From assembly GCA_049587715.1 (NCBI GenBank), contig JBAVEL010000186.1, forward strand, positions 16,567-80,566: a stretch of 64,000 nt of DNA, written 5' to 3'. Position numbers and translations under genes: made by a program. Under the pieces are notes generated by a model. That model ran no database searches, was not told where the DNA came from, and saw only the letters and a program-made list of their open reading frames with translations. Below are positions 28,423 through 38,084 of this stretch, in pieces. Source of the stretch: Bacteroidota bacterium (GTDB taxonomy: Bacteria; Bacteroidota; Ignavibacteria; UBA10030; UBA6906). Numbering within the stretch: position 1 is the first letter of the stretch; each line of letters begins with the position of its first letter.

Positions 28423-29669
28423 GGAACCGCCGCGCATGGGGATGGGCCCTCCTGGCCGTGGGCGCCGGCTTCCTGTTCGGGCTCTGGGCGGGGTGCGCCC
28501 CTCCCCGGGACCCCCGGCACCTCGTCATCTGGCACCAGATGCGGGTGGACGAGCGGCTGATCCTGGAGGAACAACTCCGGCAGTTCATGGCGGAGAACCC
28601 GGGTGTGAGGGTGGAGCAGATCTACAAGGAGACCGAGGAGCTGAGGTCGGGCTTCATCATTGCCGCCATTGCAGGGCAGGGTCCCGACCTGGTGTACGGC
28701 CCGTCGGATCAGGTGGGGCCGTTCGAAGTCATGGGCATCATCCGGCCCCTGGAGGACCTGTTTTCCCCCGCGTATCTTGCCTCGTTCACCCCCGCCGGAC
28801 TGACCTGGTACCGGGGGCATCTGTATCAGATGGCCGACAAGCTCGGCAATCACCTGACCCTCATCTACAACAAAGACATGCTCCGCAGGCCCCCCGAGAC
28901 GGACGAGGACCTGATTGCGGAAGGCATGCGCCTGACCTCCGATACGGACGGGGACGGGAAGACGGACGTGTACGGCCTTTGCTGGAACTACACCGAGCCC
29001 TTCTTCTTCATCCCATTCATGACGGGTTTCGGGGGCTGGGTGATGACGGAGGAGGGCGTTCCGACGCTGGAGAGCAGGGGGACGGTGGACGGCCTGCGGT
29101 TCATCCGGGACCTGCGGGACCGGTTCAAGATCATCCCCGGGGAGGCGGACTACAACATCGCCGACATGCTCTTCAAGGACGGGAAGAGCGCCATGATCAT
29201 CAACGGGGACTGGTCCTGGGCCGGGTACAGAAAAGCGGGAATCAACATCGGTGTGGCTCCTCTGCCGCGCATTACCTCCACGGGACTCTGGTGCGCCCCC
29301 ATGGTATCCCCCAAGGGGTATTCCCTGAACGCCAATGTGCCGGCCGAAAAGACCGAACTCGTGGTGCGCCTTCTGGAGTTCCTGATGCGGCCCGAGATCC
29401 AGCTCTCCACGGCCCGGGCTCTCTCCACGATGCCCACCCGGCGGGAGGCCCTCCAGTCGGAATACGTCCAGAATGACGAGACGCTCCGGAATTCCGCCCG
29501 GCAGATCGAGCAGGGGAGGCCCATGCCGGTGGTGCCCGAGCTGCGGGCCATCTGGGACGCCATGCGCCCCGCCTATCAGGCCGTTCTGGGGGGGGCCATG
29601 ACGCCGGAAGAGGCGGCCCGCGCCATGCAGCAGCTTGCCCTCCGGAAGATCAGGGAGCTCAATGAATAA
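28419..29669 (+). CDS. Maltose/maltodextrin ABC transporter substrate-binding lipoprotein (MalE-like)
   Basis: ATGA overlap with the upstream stop. Lipobox LFGLWAGC. Extracellular solute-binding protein family 1 features along its length. Confidence 0.8.
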   Translation: MRNRRAWGWALLAVGAGFLFGLWAGCAPPRDPRHLVIWHQMRVDERLILEEQLRQFMAENPGVRVEQIYKETEELRSGFIIAAIAGQGPDLVYGPSDQVGPFEVMGIIRPLEDLFSPAYLASFTPAGLTWYRGHLYQMADKLGNHLTLIYNKDMLRRPPETDEDLIAEGMRLTSDTDGDGKTDVYGLCWNYTEPFFFIPFMTGFGGWVMTEEGVPTLESRGTVDGLRFIRDLRDRFKIIPGEADYNIADMLFKDGKSAMIINGDWSWAGYRKAGINIGVAPLPRITSTGLWCAPMVSPKGYSLNANVPAEKTELVVRLLEFLMRPEIQLSTARALSTMPTRREALQSEYVQNDETLRNSARQIEQGRPMPVVPELRAIWDAMRPAYQAVLGGAMTPEEAARAMQQLALRKIRELNE

Positions 29670-29720
29670 GGGCACCCATACCGGGCGCCGGCCCGGACCT
29701 GTCGCGGGGAGTGACACCGC

Positions 29721-30617
29721 ATGAACCGTTCATCCAACCGGCTCTTCATCGCCTTCCTGGTGGTGCCCGCCTTTCTGATTCTCCTGGCGGTGGTGTTCTA
29801 CCCCTTCGTCTACAATGTGGTGATCTCCTTCTCGAACATGAACCTCCGCCACATCAAGGACTGGGAGCTGATCGGGCCGCGCCAGTACGTCAAGGTGTTT
29901 ACCGAACCGACCCAGCCCGATTTCTATATGGTCTTCGGGAAGACGATCATTTGGACAGCCGTGAACGTCTTCTTTCACGTGGTGGTGGGCGTGTTCCTTG
30001 CGCTCGTGTTGAACCAGAAGGACATCCGGGGGAAACCCCTCTTCCGCACCCTCCTGATACTGCCCTGGGCCGTGCCGCAGTACATCGTGGCCCTCACCTG
30101 GCGCGGGATGTTCAACTACGAATACGGGTCCGTCAACCTCCTGCTCACGCGCTACCTGAACCTTCCCGCCGTGGAGTGGCTCAAGAGCCCGACGGAGGCG
30201 TTTCTCGCATGCATCATCACCAACGTCTGGCTCGGGTTCCCGTTCATGATGGTGATCGCCCTGGGCGCTCTCCAGAGCATCCCCCACGAGCTGTACGAGG
30301 CGGCGGACATAGACGGCGCCTCCTGGCGGCACAAGCTGACGAAGATCACCCTCCCCCTGATCCGGCCCGTGATGATTCCCGCCGTCACGCTCGGCACGGT
30401 CTGGACATTCAACAACCTGAACATCGTCTGGCTGGTGAGTAATGCGGGGGAGCCCTCGGACCAGACGCACATTCTTGTTTCCTTTGTGTACAAGGCGGCC
30501 TTCAACCTGTACCGGTACGGCTACGCGGCGGCCCTTTCCATGGTGATCTTTGCCCTGCTGCTGGCCTTCAGTCTCTTCTTCATGAAGCGGACCCGGGCAA
30601 CCGAGGCGGCCTACTGA
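29721..30617 (+). CDS. Sugar ABC transporter permease (MalF/UgpA-like)
   Basis: Six-TM permease. EAA-type motif region YEAADIDGASWRHKLTKITLPLIRP. Confidence 0.9.
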   Translation: MNRSSNRLFIAFLVVPAFLILLAVVFYPFVYNVVISFSNMNLRHIKDWELIGPRQYVKVFTEPTQPDFYMVFGKTIIWTAVNVFFHVVVGVFLALVLNQKDIRGKPLFRTLLILPWAVPQYIVALTWRGMFNYEYGSVNLLLTRYLNLPAVEWLKSPTEAFLACIITNVWLGFPFMMVIALGALQSIPHELYEAADIDGASWRHKLTKITLPLIRPVMIPAVTLGTVWTFNNLNIVWLVSNAGEPSDQTHILVSFVYKAAFNLYRYGYAAALSMVIFALLLAFSLFFMKRTRATEAAY

Positions 30618-30638
30618 CCGGCGCCTGAAAGGATCATC

Positions 30639-31472
30639 ATGCGGCCCAAGACCATCCTGCGGCGTGTCGCCAGCTATGCAGTGCTCATCCTCTTCTCGGC
30701 AATCGCCGTCTATCCCGTCCTCCAGGTGGTGACCATTTCGCTGCGCCCTGCGGACCGGCTGCTCTCCACATCGCTCGAGGTGATCCCCGAGAACGCAACC
30801 CTGGAGGCCTACCGTTCGCTGTTCACCGACCGTCCCTTTCTGCTCTGGATGGGGAACAGCCTGCTGGTTTCGCTTGTGGTCACCCTGACCGGGGTGGTGC
30901 TGGCCTCCACCACCGGGTATGCCTTCAGCCGGTTCAACTTCGCGGGGAAGAGGCTGGGGCTCCTCAGTCTCCTGACCACGCAGATGTTCCCCGCCACGAT
31001 GCTGCTCCTCCCCCTGTATATCATGCTCATCCACCTGGGGCTCATCAACACCTTTCTGGGGGTCATCGTCATCTATACGGCCACGGCGCTCCCGTTCACC
31101 ATCTGGACCATGAAGGGATACTACGATACCATTCCATACAGTCTGGAGGAGGCGGCGAGGATCGACGGCTGCAACCAGTTCCAGGCCTTCTACAAGATCA
31201 TCCTTCCCTTGGCCGCGCCTGCCCTGGTCATTACCGCCCTCTTCTCATTCATGACCGCGTGGTCGGAGTACCTGGTGGCCGCACAGATCCTTCAGGACAC
31301 GGGTCTCTGGACCCTGCCGCTGGGGCTCAAGTCGTTTGAGTCCAACATGACCACGGAGTGGGGCCTCTACGGGGCCTCCTCCCTGATCGTGGCGGTGCCC
31401 GTGGTGGTTCTGTTCCTGGGACTCAGCCGGTATCTTGTGTCCGGGCTGACCCTGGGGAGTGTGAAGGGCTGA
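30639..31472 (+). CDS. Sugar ABC transporter permease (MalG/UgpE-like)
   Basis: Permease with EAA-type motif LEEAARIDGCNQFQAFYKIILPLAAP. Confidence 0.9.
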   Translation: MRPKTILRRVASYAVLILFSAIAVYPVLQVVTISLRPADRLLSTSLEVIPENATLEAYRSLFTDRPFLLWMGNSLLVSLVVTLTGVVLASTTGYAFSRFNFAGKRLGLLSLLTTQMFPATMLLLPLYIMLIHLGLINTFLGVIVIYTATALPFTIWTMKGYYDTIPYSLEEAARIDGCNQFQAFYKIILPLAAPALVITALFSFMTAWSEYLVAAQILQDTGLWTLPLGLKSFESNMTTEWGLYGASSLIVAVPVVVLFLGLSRYLVSGLTLGSVKG

Positions 31473-31478
31473 GAAGTC

Positions 31479-34400
31479 TCAGCGGCGGCTGCGCGCCGCG
31501 TCGTAGAGGTTGGATTCCCGGGCCGATTCTCTTCCTCCACCCGTCCATTCGGAGGCCCGCAGGGAAACGGTTCTGAATTCCCCGAGTCCCGCTGCACCGT
31601 GGTCGTCCTGGGCCCCCGCCAGCACCGTGATACCCCAGGCGGAATCCGGCACGCCCAGATAGCGGAGGGGAAGGGAAAACGCGACCCGCGCCCTCTGCGC
31701 GTCCCCGATGGGGGAGACCGCATCACCGGGAGCGGGTACGTAGGCGGCCAGGGTCTCCCCCGAGGCGTCCTCCACGCGGACTCCTCCCCCCACGAGTATC
31801 AGACGTTCATACGCATCCCGCGCATCCATCAGAAAGCCGGCATTGGCGGGGATACTGACCGCGCCCGAGCCGGGGATGCCGTCTGTGTCGATTGCGATGG
31901 CCGCGAGGGTGAGCTGGAACCCGTACTCGGGGTGCCAGCCGGGGTCGGCCAGGGACCGGAACCGAAGCTCCAGGTATGCGTTGGAGTCGTCCCGGCTGAG
32001 GGTGAATCCCGTGAGATCCAGACAGCCCCCCCGGAAGGCCGGATGGGTGGGGTAGGTGTACCTGCCCAGCGTCTCTCCCCCCGGACCCACCCCTGTGTCG
32101 TCCCCCTCGGGGTCCTCCAGTCGCACAAGCACCCGCGCGGCCGGGTTGGCTGCTTTGACCTGTGCCAGATTGAGGATCGGATGGGTGGGGCCGCCCACGG
32201 ATCTCAGGCCGGGAAGGAGCATGGGAACGGCGAACCTCAGACCCCCGAGGGCAGGATCCGGGTGACGGAGGGTTTCGGATACTTCAGCCGGGGTGGTCTT
32301 CTGTCCATTGACGTAACAGGTTATCTCTCTCCCTCTCAACACGACTCTCAGCTCGCCCCGGGGCGGGATGGCGACCTTGAGGCCCAACTCCGCTCCGTCC
32401 TCCCCCGGGAGCGAGAGCTCCACCGTACCCCCCCGGCGGAGGTTCCTCCCCCACAGGAGGACCGTTTGCGTGGGTCCGTCCCGCAGGATCTCCACAGGGA
32501 CCCCCCGTCCGTCCAGGTTCAGAACAGCCCTCACGTTTCCCAGGGCCCGGGGGATCCGTGGCCGGAGCCGTATTCTGTGGTGGAGAATCTCCACCCGGGC
32601 CCCCAGGTAGTCGTCGTAGAAGTTCCGTATGAACTCGGCCAGATTCCAGGCCTGCGAGAAGGTTCCGGAAAGCTCCGGTTCCTGCGCCCCCTCCCTGGGG
32701 AGAGCATCCAGGAGCTCCGACTGCGTCCCCACTGCTCCCCGGTCCAGGATCTGGGCGGCTGCGTTCGAGGTGAGCCGGAAGGCCGTTTCCTGAAGGGAGA
32801 AGCGGCAGAGCTCCGCAACCACGGGTCCCGAGAGCCATGTCCAGACGGTTCCGTTGTGGTAGGCCGCGTCGGGGGGGTAGAAGGGCTGGTTCCTGTGATA
32901 CGGATGGAAGCCCGGGTCCCCCTGCCACAGGGAGGCCACTCCGTGCTCATAGGTGAGGTTTCCCACAATCCGGGCGAGCGCCTCCGCCCGTACGGAGTCG
33001 GGGAGAAGCTCCATCGTGAAGATGGCGTTGGGCCTCAGACGAACGTCCGCTGAGCCGTCGCGGTTCAGGTGGTCGGCGATCCCCGCCGGCGTGATGAAGC
33101 GTTCCCGGAAGGATGCCCCGACACGTGTGTGGAGGCTGTCCCACCGCCGGGCGGATGGGGCATCCCCCATCCGTGTGGCGAACCAGACCCCCGCCTCCAG
33201 CTGGCGCGACCAGAGGGCCTGTATGTCGTTTGCCCTGTCGCCGCGCGCACTCCAGGGGCCGTCGGGACCGACCGCATCCATCCAGGTCTCGGCATCTCCG
33301 TGGATGAGGAATCCCGAGCTGTCGGTGTGCCGGCGGATGGTTCCTTCGATGGACCGGATCACCGTGGGATAAACGGCAAGGGCGAATACCGAGTCGCCGG
33401 AGCGGAGGACGTAGTCCCGCGCCGTCTCCACAAAGCGGGGGGTCCCGTCCGCCGTGTTGTAGGCCTTCTCCCGCGCGGTCACGATGTTGGGAATGCGGCC
33501 CTCATCGGGGGAGGCGGGGTCCGTGTTCTGAAACCCCGCGAACGAAAGGAGGATTTCCCTGGCCAGACTCCAGCGACCCGTGACCAGCGCCGCTCCGGGG
33601 AGCGAGATGAAGGTATCCCTACCCCAGTAGGAGTTGAACCAGGGGAGCCCCGCAAAGATGCCGCGCCCGCGCTGATTCATAACCAGCGCATCCAGGGACA
33701 GCTTCGCCCAGGCAAGAGCGCGATCGAAGCGGGGGTCCGAGGTGCGGACCCCGGTGGCCGAAAGGAGGGCTTCCATCCGGTCGCGGCGGCGTTTCTCCAG
33801 CATCCCCACGCGCCCGGGTACGGAGCGGAGGAGCGCTTCGGCCTGCTCCCGGGATCCGCCCCCCGCAAAGACGAAAAGGTGCAGCCGGGCATTGCGCCGG
33901 GAGAGCCGGATGAGCGCCCTGCGGGCCTCCGCCCCCTCTCCCTCCTGCACGCGCGCAGGGAGGCATGCGGGCCCCCCTGCGGAGAGCCAGCGTCCCGGCG
34001 GCGGGGTCCCGGGTGCCTCTGCCCCGGTGCCCGAGAAATCCATGGAGGCCGTGTTCTCCGAGAGGAACACACCGGCCTGTGCGGGATATGTCCCGCCTCC
34101 CGGGTAGACCTCCACGCCCGCCTGGACGGGACGCGGCGCCTGGAGGCGCACGTAGAAGACAGGGAGGGAATCCGCCATTCTCACCTCCTCGGTGATTCCC
34201 CCGCCGTACCGGCGCACCAGGCGGTCGGGGAATACCGTGACCTCCACGGCGTCCGCCCTGTCCAGAGGGCGTCCCTCCAGGAAAAGCCGGTAGTCGTCCA
34301 GAAGCTCGGTCCCGTCCACGTTGAACCCCTGCCAGCCGCTCCGGGAGCGCCCGTGGGTTTCCCCGTACAGGAACGCGGATTGTCCGTTCGTGAAGGAGAA

Positions 34401-34517
34401 CTCCCGGGAGGTTCCCTCCACACGAATGCCCAGTTCATCCAGGGTGATTGCGCTCCCGCCCCCTTCAGCCGGCGCTGCAAGGAGAGAGAAGAGGGAGAGG
34501 ATGAGTGCTTTCATCAC
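31479..34517 (-). CDS. Secreted amylo-alpha-1,6-glucosidase-family (glycogen-debranching GDE_C/GH133-like) protein with extra C-terminal domains
   Basis: Signal peptide MMKALILSLFSLLAAPAEG. GLPWFNSYWGRDTFISLPG and YHNGTVWTWLSGP are characteristic of the GDE C-terminal (alpha/alpha)6 barrel. Confidence 0.75.
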   Translation of the reverse strand: MMKALILSLFSLLAAPAEGGGSAITLDELGIRVEGTSREFSFTNGQSAFLYGETHGRSRSGWQGFNVDGTELLDDYRLFLEGRPLDRADAVEVTVFPDRLVRRYGGGITEEVRMADSLPVFYVRLQAPRPVQAGVEVYPGGGTYPAQAGVFLSENTASMDFSGTGAEAPGTPPPGRWLSAGGPACLPARVQEGEGAEARRALIRLSRRNARLHLFVFAGGGSREQAEALLRSVPGRVGMLEKRRRDRMEALLSATGVRTSDPRFDRALAWAKLSLDALVMNQRGRGIFAGLPWFNSYWGRDTFISLPGAALVTGRWSLAREILLSFAGFQNTDPASPDEGRIPNIVTAREKAYNTADGTPRFVETARDYVLRSGDSVFALAVYPTVIRSIEGTIRRHTDSSGFLIHGDAETWMDAVGPDGPWSARGDRANDIQALWSRQLEAGVWFATRMGDAPSARRWDSLHTRVGASFRERFITPAGIADHLNRDGSADVRLRPNAIFTMELLPDSVRAEALARIVGNLTYEHGVASLWQGDPGFHPYHRNQPFYPPDAAYHNGTVWTWLSGPVVAELCRFSLQETAFRLTSNAAAQILDRGAVGTQSELLDALPREGAQEPELSGTFSQAWNLAEFIRNFYDDYLGARVEILHHRIRLRPRIPRALGNVRAVLNLDGRGVPVEILRDGPTQTVLLWGRNLRRGGTVELSLPGEDGAELGLKVAIPPRGELRVVLRGREITCYVNGQKTTPAEVSETLRHPDPALGGLRFAVPMLLPGLRSVGGPTHPILNLAQVKAANPAARVLVRLEDPEGDDTGVGPGGETLGRYTYPTHPAFRGGCLDLTGFTLSRDDSNAYLELRFRSLADPGWHPEYGFQLTLAAIAIDTDGIPGSGAVSIPANAGFLMDARDAYERLILVGGGVRVEDASGETLAAYVPAPGDAVSPIGDAQRARVAFSLPLRYLGVPDSAWGITVLAGAQDDHGAAGLGEFRTVSLRASEWTGGGRESARESNLYDAARSRR

Positions 34518-35719
34518 GGCTTCGTTTCCCAGAATTGAATGAGGATGTCGTCGATGCGCGCCCGCCAGTTGACCCAGTTATGCCCTTCGGGGTATTCCGC
34601 GTACGTGCAGGGCACCCCCCGGTCCTGGAGGATGTCCGCCATCCTCCGGGTGTGGACCCGTGCATCCCGGATGGTTCCCGTATCCAGATAGAACCGGATC
34701 CCCAGGGGGGGGGCCGCTGCCATCAGCCGCATCATCCGCTCTTCATCCCACCAGTAGGCCGGACTCTGTGCCGCGCAAAGCCCGAACAGGTCGGGCCTCC
34801 GGAAGGCGGCGTATGTTGCGATGAGGCCCCCCAGGGAGGCCCCCATGACGGCGTGCTCGGCGGGAGCCGAAAGAACCCTGTACCGGGCCGATAGTGCCGG
34901 CAGGACTTCCTCCGTCAGGTACGCTACAAACGTGTCGCTCATGGCGTAGTCCTGCATCCGCATGCTTGTGCGGGAATCTCCGGGATCGGTCCGCGGATCC
35001 AGAAAGACCGCCAGGATGGGTCTGATCTTCCCCTCATCCAAGAGGTTGTCCAGCACCGTCTGCATGAAGCCCAGAGAAAGGTACTCCCCGCCGTCCATCA
35101 CGAGAAGGAGACCCAGCGAGTCCTCCTCCCCGCTCCGGGAGGGGGGGAGGTAGACCGTTGCGGGGTGGGTCCTCCCGAGGAGGGAGCTCCTGATGTGCAG
35201 GGTGTCCAGACGGCCCCGTCTCACCCCGCTCCGGGAGAGGACCCAGGGAGACGACACATAGTCCGGCATCCGGATCTCGGAGTTCGGGCCGTACCCCCCC
35301 TGGGCCTGCAGGGTGTTGAAGGGGTCCAGCATCCAGACCGAATCCACGACGAGCTTGTACTCGAAGCGGGCGGCCCGGGGTACGGAAACGGCCAGATGAA
35401 ACAGGTCTGTACCCCCAATGCGGCGCATGGTGTCGGCCGAGGGGTTCCAGCCGTTGAGATCGCTCGGCACGGAGACCCGCCCTCCCACCCCCGAGTAGAG
35501 GAAATGCACGACGGTATCCTCCACCACGGGGAGGCCCCGGACGGCGATCCCCCGTGTGAAGGCCGCCGCCAGGGAATCCCGTTCCGCCGGATTCTCAAGC
35601 CGCTCGATCCGCTCCAGGAAGAGGGAGAAAGCCCGAGGGGACTCGGGCATCCGGGCTCGCGCCGGAGGAGGAAGGGCTCCCGCGACGAGCCAGGCAAGCA
35701 GCAGGACTGCTGTTGCCAT
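34514..35719 (-). CDS. Esterase-family alpha/beta hydrolase with N-terminal CBM48/Ig-like domain (paralog 1)
   Basis: Track ORF 34514..36166 trimmed to MATAVLLLAWLVAGALPPPA (signal). DLNGWNPSAD is a CBM48-like motif. Nucleophile elbow MGASLGG. Enterochelin-esterase/putative-esterase fold. Confidence 0.75.
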   Translation of the reverse strand: MATAVLLLAWLVAGALPPPARARMPESPRAFSLFLERIERLENPAERDSLAAAFTRGIAVRGLPVVEDTVVHFLYSGVGGRVSVPSDLNGWNPSADTMRRIGGTDLFHLAVSVPRAARFEYKLVVDSVWMLDPFNTLQAQGGYGPNSEIRMPDYVSSPWVLSRSGVRRGRLDTLHIRSSLLGRTHPATVYLPPSRSGEEDSLGLLLVMDGGEYLSLGFMQTVLDNLLDEGKIRPILAVFLDPRTDPGDSRTSMRMQDYAMSDTFVAYLTEEVLPALSARYRVLSAPAEHAVMGASLGGLIATYAAFRRPDLFGLCAAQSPAYWWDEERMMRLMAAAPPLGIRFYLDTGTIRDARVHTRRMADILQDRGVPCTYAEYPEGHNWVNWRARIDDILIQFWETKP

Positions 35720-35747
35720 GGGGGATGCCGCCCTCGCCGGCCGCACC

Positions 35748-36983
35748 TCAGGGTCTCCAGCCGAAAAACCGGCGGAGGATGTCAGGGAGTTCGTTCCGCC
35801 ACCTCCCCCAGCTGTGCCCGTCGGGGAATTCCCTGTAGGCGAGGGGGTATCCCCGCTCTTCGAGCACCTGCCGCAGACGGCGATTCCCGGCGATGAAATC
35901 GCCCTCGCGGGCCCGTGCCGCTCCTCCCACGGAGGTCTCGTACGTACCGCAGTCGAGATAGAGCGAAACATCCGGCCGGGGGAGACGTGCCGCCAGGGAG
36001 GCCAGCGTGTCGGACCGGAACGAGACGTACCCCGACTGGCTTGCCGCATTGGCGAACACATCCGGCCGGGAAAGTGCAAGCCCCAGGGATATGAGCCCGC
36101 CGTACGACGCTCCCATCGCCAGGCGGGCGGAAGGGCGTGGGATGGTGCGGAAGAGGCTGTCCACAAGCGGAACCAGCTCGTCGGCGACGAAGGAGATGTA
36201 GCTGCCGTTCAGCCCGTATTCCGTGGTGCGGTCGGTCCCGGGACCGGGAGGGGGGACGATGAAGACGGCTGCAAGCGGCGGGACCGCTTCCGCCCCATGC
36301 ATGGCGTCGAGCACGAGGACCGCCTGCGCAAACCTCAGGTAGTCCCCTCCGTCCTGGAAGTAGGCCACCCCACAGCGGAAGGAGGCCCCGGCGTATCCCG
36401 GCGGCGTGTACACGTGCACCTCGTGGGCATAGCCGAGATGGGCGCTCTTTACTCTGAGCGTGGAGAGACTCCCCCCGGGCGCCTCCGGGGCCGCGTCCGG
36501 CTCCGGAGCCCTGCGGAAGCCCGGCATGGCAAGCTCCGAGTTGGGCCCGTATCCTCCCGGCGCCGTGCGGGGGTTCTCGGGATCAAGAATGAAGGAGCCG
36601 TTCCCCAGAAGGAGCTTGTAATCCAGCCGCGCCTCGCACGGGAAGCCCATGCGGAGATGGAAGAGGTCGGTCCCCGGAAGCCGCCGGAAGGGGATCCGGG
36701 AACTCCACCCGGTCATGTCTCCCGTCAGAAAGACGCTGTCGGTGCTTCCACGGTAGAGGAAGGTCGCCGTGTCTCCCGCCGCATCCACGAGGGGAAGGCG
36801 TCCCCTGGCACTCCGGCTCCAGAGCCCCTCGACCAGACGCTCCCGTTCCTCCCCGGGGGGCGCCGCCTCGGCGCCCGCCAGCAGCGCGGGGAACCCGGGT
36901 TCAACGCCCTGCGGTCGTGTGGCGGCGCATCCGGCCGCACTCAGGAGGGCGGGGATCAGGAGGAGGAAGACGGTGGACTTCAC
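35748..36983 (-). CDS. Esterase-family alpha/beta hydrolase lipoprotein with N-terminal CBM48/Ig-like domain (paralog 2)
   Basis: GTG start. Lipobox LLSAAGC. GDMTGWSS module. Nucleophile elbow MGASYGG. Same architecture as the adjacent paralog. Confidence 0.75.
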   Translation of the reverse strand: MKSTVFLLLIPALLSAAGCAATRPQGVEPGFPALLAGAEAAPPGEERERLVEGLWSRSARGRLPLVDAAGDTATFLYRGSTDSVFLTGDMTGWSSRIPFRRLPGTDLFHLRMGFPCEARLDYKLLLGNGSFILDPENPRTAPGGYGPNSELAMPGFRRAPEPDAAPEAPGGSLSTLRVKSAHLGYAHEVHVYTPPGYAGASFRCGVAYFQDGGDYLRFAQAVLVLDAMHGAEAVPPLAAVFIVPPPGPGTDRTTEYGLNGSYISFVADELVPLVDSLFRTIPRPSARLAMGASYGGLISLGLALSRPDVFANAASQSGYVSFRSDTLASLAARLPRPDVSLYLDCGTYETSVGGAARAREGDFIAGNRRLRQVLEERGYPLAYREFPDGHSWGRWRNELPDILRRFFGWRP

Positions 36984-37036
36984 CTTCGGGCATGCGCCTG
37001 TGGATGGCGGAATATACGCACGCGGGATGCGGGAAG

Positions 37037-37044
37037 CAATCGGC
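37037..37044. repeat. Target-site duplication copy 1 (CAATCGGC)
   Basis: 8-bp direct repeat abutting IRL. The identical 8-mer abuts IRR at 40053-40060. Confidence 0.65.
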
Positions 37045-37079
37045 GGTACTGTCCTAATTAGGGGGAGGTTGTCCTAAAT
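37045..37079. repeat. Left terminal inverted repeat (IRL, 35 bp; contains two tgtcctaa sub-repeats)
   Basis: See the mobile_element entry. Confidence 0.75.
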
Positions 37080-37185
37080 CGGTGGGAGTTCCACGATCCT
37101 CGCGCCATACATGAAACGCGAGTTTAGAATCCAACCAGCTTGGAAGGCTGGTTTTCTTCATGACCGCTTCACTCCCACCGATTCA

Positions 37186-38025
37186 TTATGCGGCCGCCCT
37201 CTGTGTTGCCCAACCCGACAAACCCGTCCATGTCCAAATGTGCTTTGTTAGACCCGCCTCCATCGCGGGGGTAACGCGTAGCGTCTCGTGGACCCTGGCG
37301 AAGTTGTAATGCCAGAAGTACAGCGCCAGAGCCGCTTTTAGGTTCTCCCATTTCTTGCTGTAGGCGTTGGTGAGACGCGCAAACCGCTTCATCCCTATCC
37401 TCATGCTGAGATTCTGCCTCTCAATGTGGGAGGTTGAAATGTGCTTCCGCTTAGGCTTGCCGAAGACGGGTATTATTTCCACCCGGACAATGCCTGCCGG
37501 ACTGTACCGCCTTTCAGGGCTTCTATCCACCTGGGCGTAACTCTTCGCAACCTGCCCGTAGTCAATATCTGCCCCCCAAATCCTATCCACAACATCGCGG
37601 TAGGGCGAGAAGGCATCGGTTGAAAGTTGGAATCGTGTCTTGACGCGGGCGGCCACATCCCGCATGAATACCTCTGCGGTCTGGACGGTCCGCTTCCCAA
37701 GTCTGAAAGACGGGATGAGCTTGGAGTCGCTGTCCATAGCCACAAAGCAATACTGATCGCCCGTAAACTCGTCTTGGTTTTCGGGGCGAATGAAACGCTG
37801 GTGCTTCCCTACATAGGTCCAGATTTCATCAACTTGGAGTCTCTTCACGCTCAGGTCCCGCATTTCAGAGTCCATGAACGCCTCACACGCTTCCCCGGCT
37901 GATACGAGAAGCCGCATGATCGTGTCCCGGTGAATCCCGGATAGGCGTTCGGTGGATCGGATTGAGTTCCCTTCGGCCAAGAGGGAAAGGGCAAGGGCCT
38001 TCTTTTCAGCAGACAGTACGTTCAT
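37186..38025 (-). CDS. IS1-family-like transposase (single ORF: N-terminal HTH + DDE catalytic domain)
   Basis: N-terminal HTH MNVLSAEKKALALSLLAEGNSIRSTERLSGIHRDTIMRLL. Catalytic region KRLQVDEIWTYVGKH...CFVAMDSDSKL...ISTSHIERQNLSMRIGMKRFARLTNAYSKKWENLKAALALYFWHYNF. Its spacing parallels E. coli IS1 InsB (MDEQWGYVG...[25 protein letters not shown]). GGAG RBS. An IS1595-like assignment is not excluded. Confidence 0.75.
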   Translation of the reverse strand: MNVLSAEKKALALSLLAEGNSIRSTERLSGIHRDTIMRLLVSAGEACEAFMDSEMRDLSVKRLQVDEIWTYVGKHQRFIRPENQDEFTGDQYCFVAMDSDSKLIPSFRLGKRTVQTAEVFMRDVAARVKTRFQLSTDAFSPYRDVVDRIWGADIDYGQVAKSYAQVDRSPERRYSPAGIVRVEIIPVFGKPKRKHISTSHIERQNLSMRIGMKRFARLTNAYSKKWENLKAALALYFWHYNFARVHETLRVTPAMEAGLTKHIWTWTGLSGWATQRAAA

Positions 38026-38048
38026 CGCGAGTCTCCGTCAGATTCCGA

Positions 38049-38077
38049 TTTGACTTTCCCCCGCGATGAACGTATAT
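38049..38077 (+). promoter_or_regulatory. Sigma70-like promoter TTGACT-N17-TATATT facing away from the transposase start
   Basis: ttgactttcccccgcgatgaacgtatatt lies immediately upstream (on the plus strand) of a structured ~190-nt region ending in an intrinsic terminator. Confidence 0.5.
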
Positions 38078-38084
38078 TAGGTCA

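Noticed and set aside
20854-31034. Long minus-strand ORFs 20854..23172, 23751..26489, 26527..28437, 27582..29717, 29730..31034
   Set aside because: All are antisense to GH13/GH57/ABC genes with clear catalytic or transport motifs, and their own translations are compositionally biased junk.
31599-37061. Plus-strand ORFs 31599..33053, 33069..34538, 35556..37061 opposite the GDE and esterase genes
   Set aside because: Antisense to genes with signal peptides and catalytic motifs. No motifs of their own.
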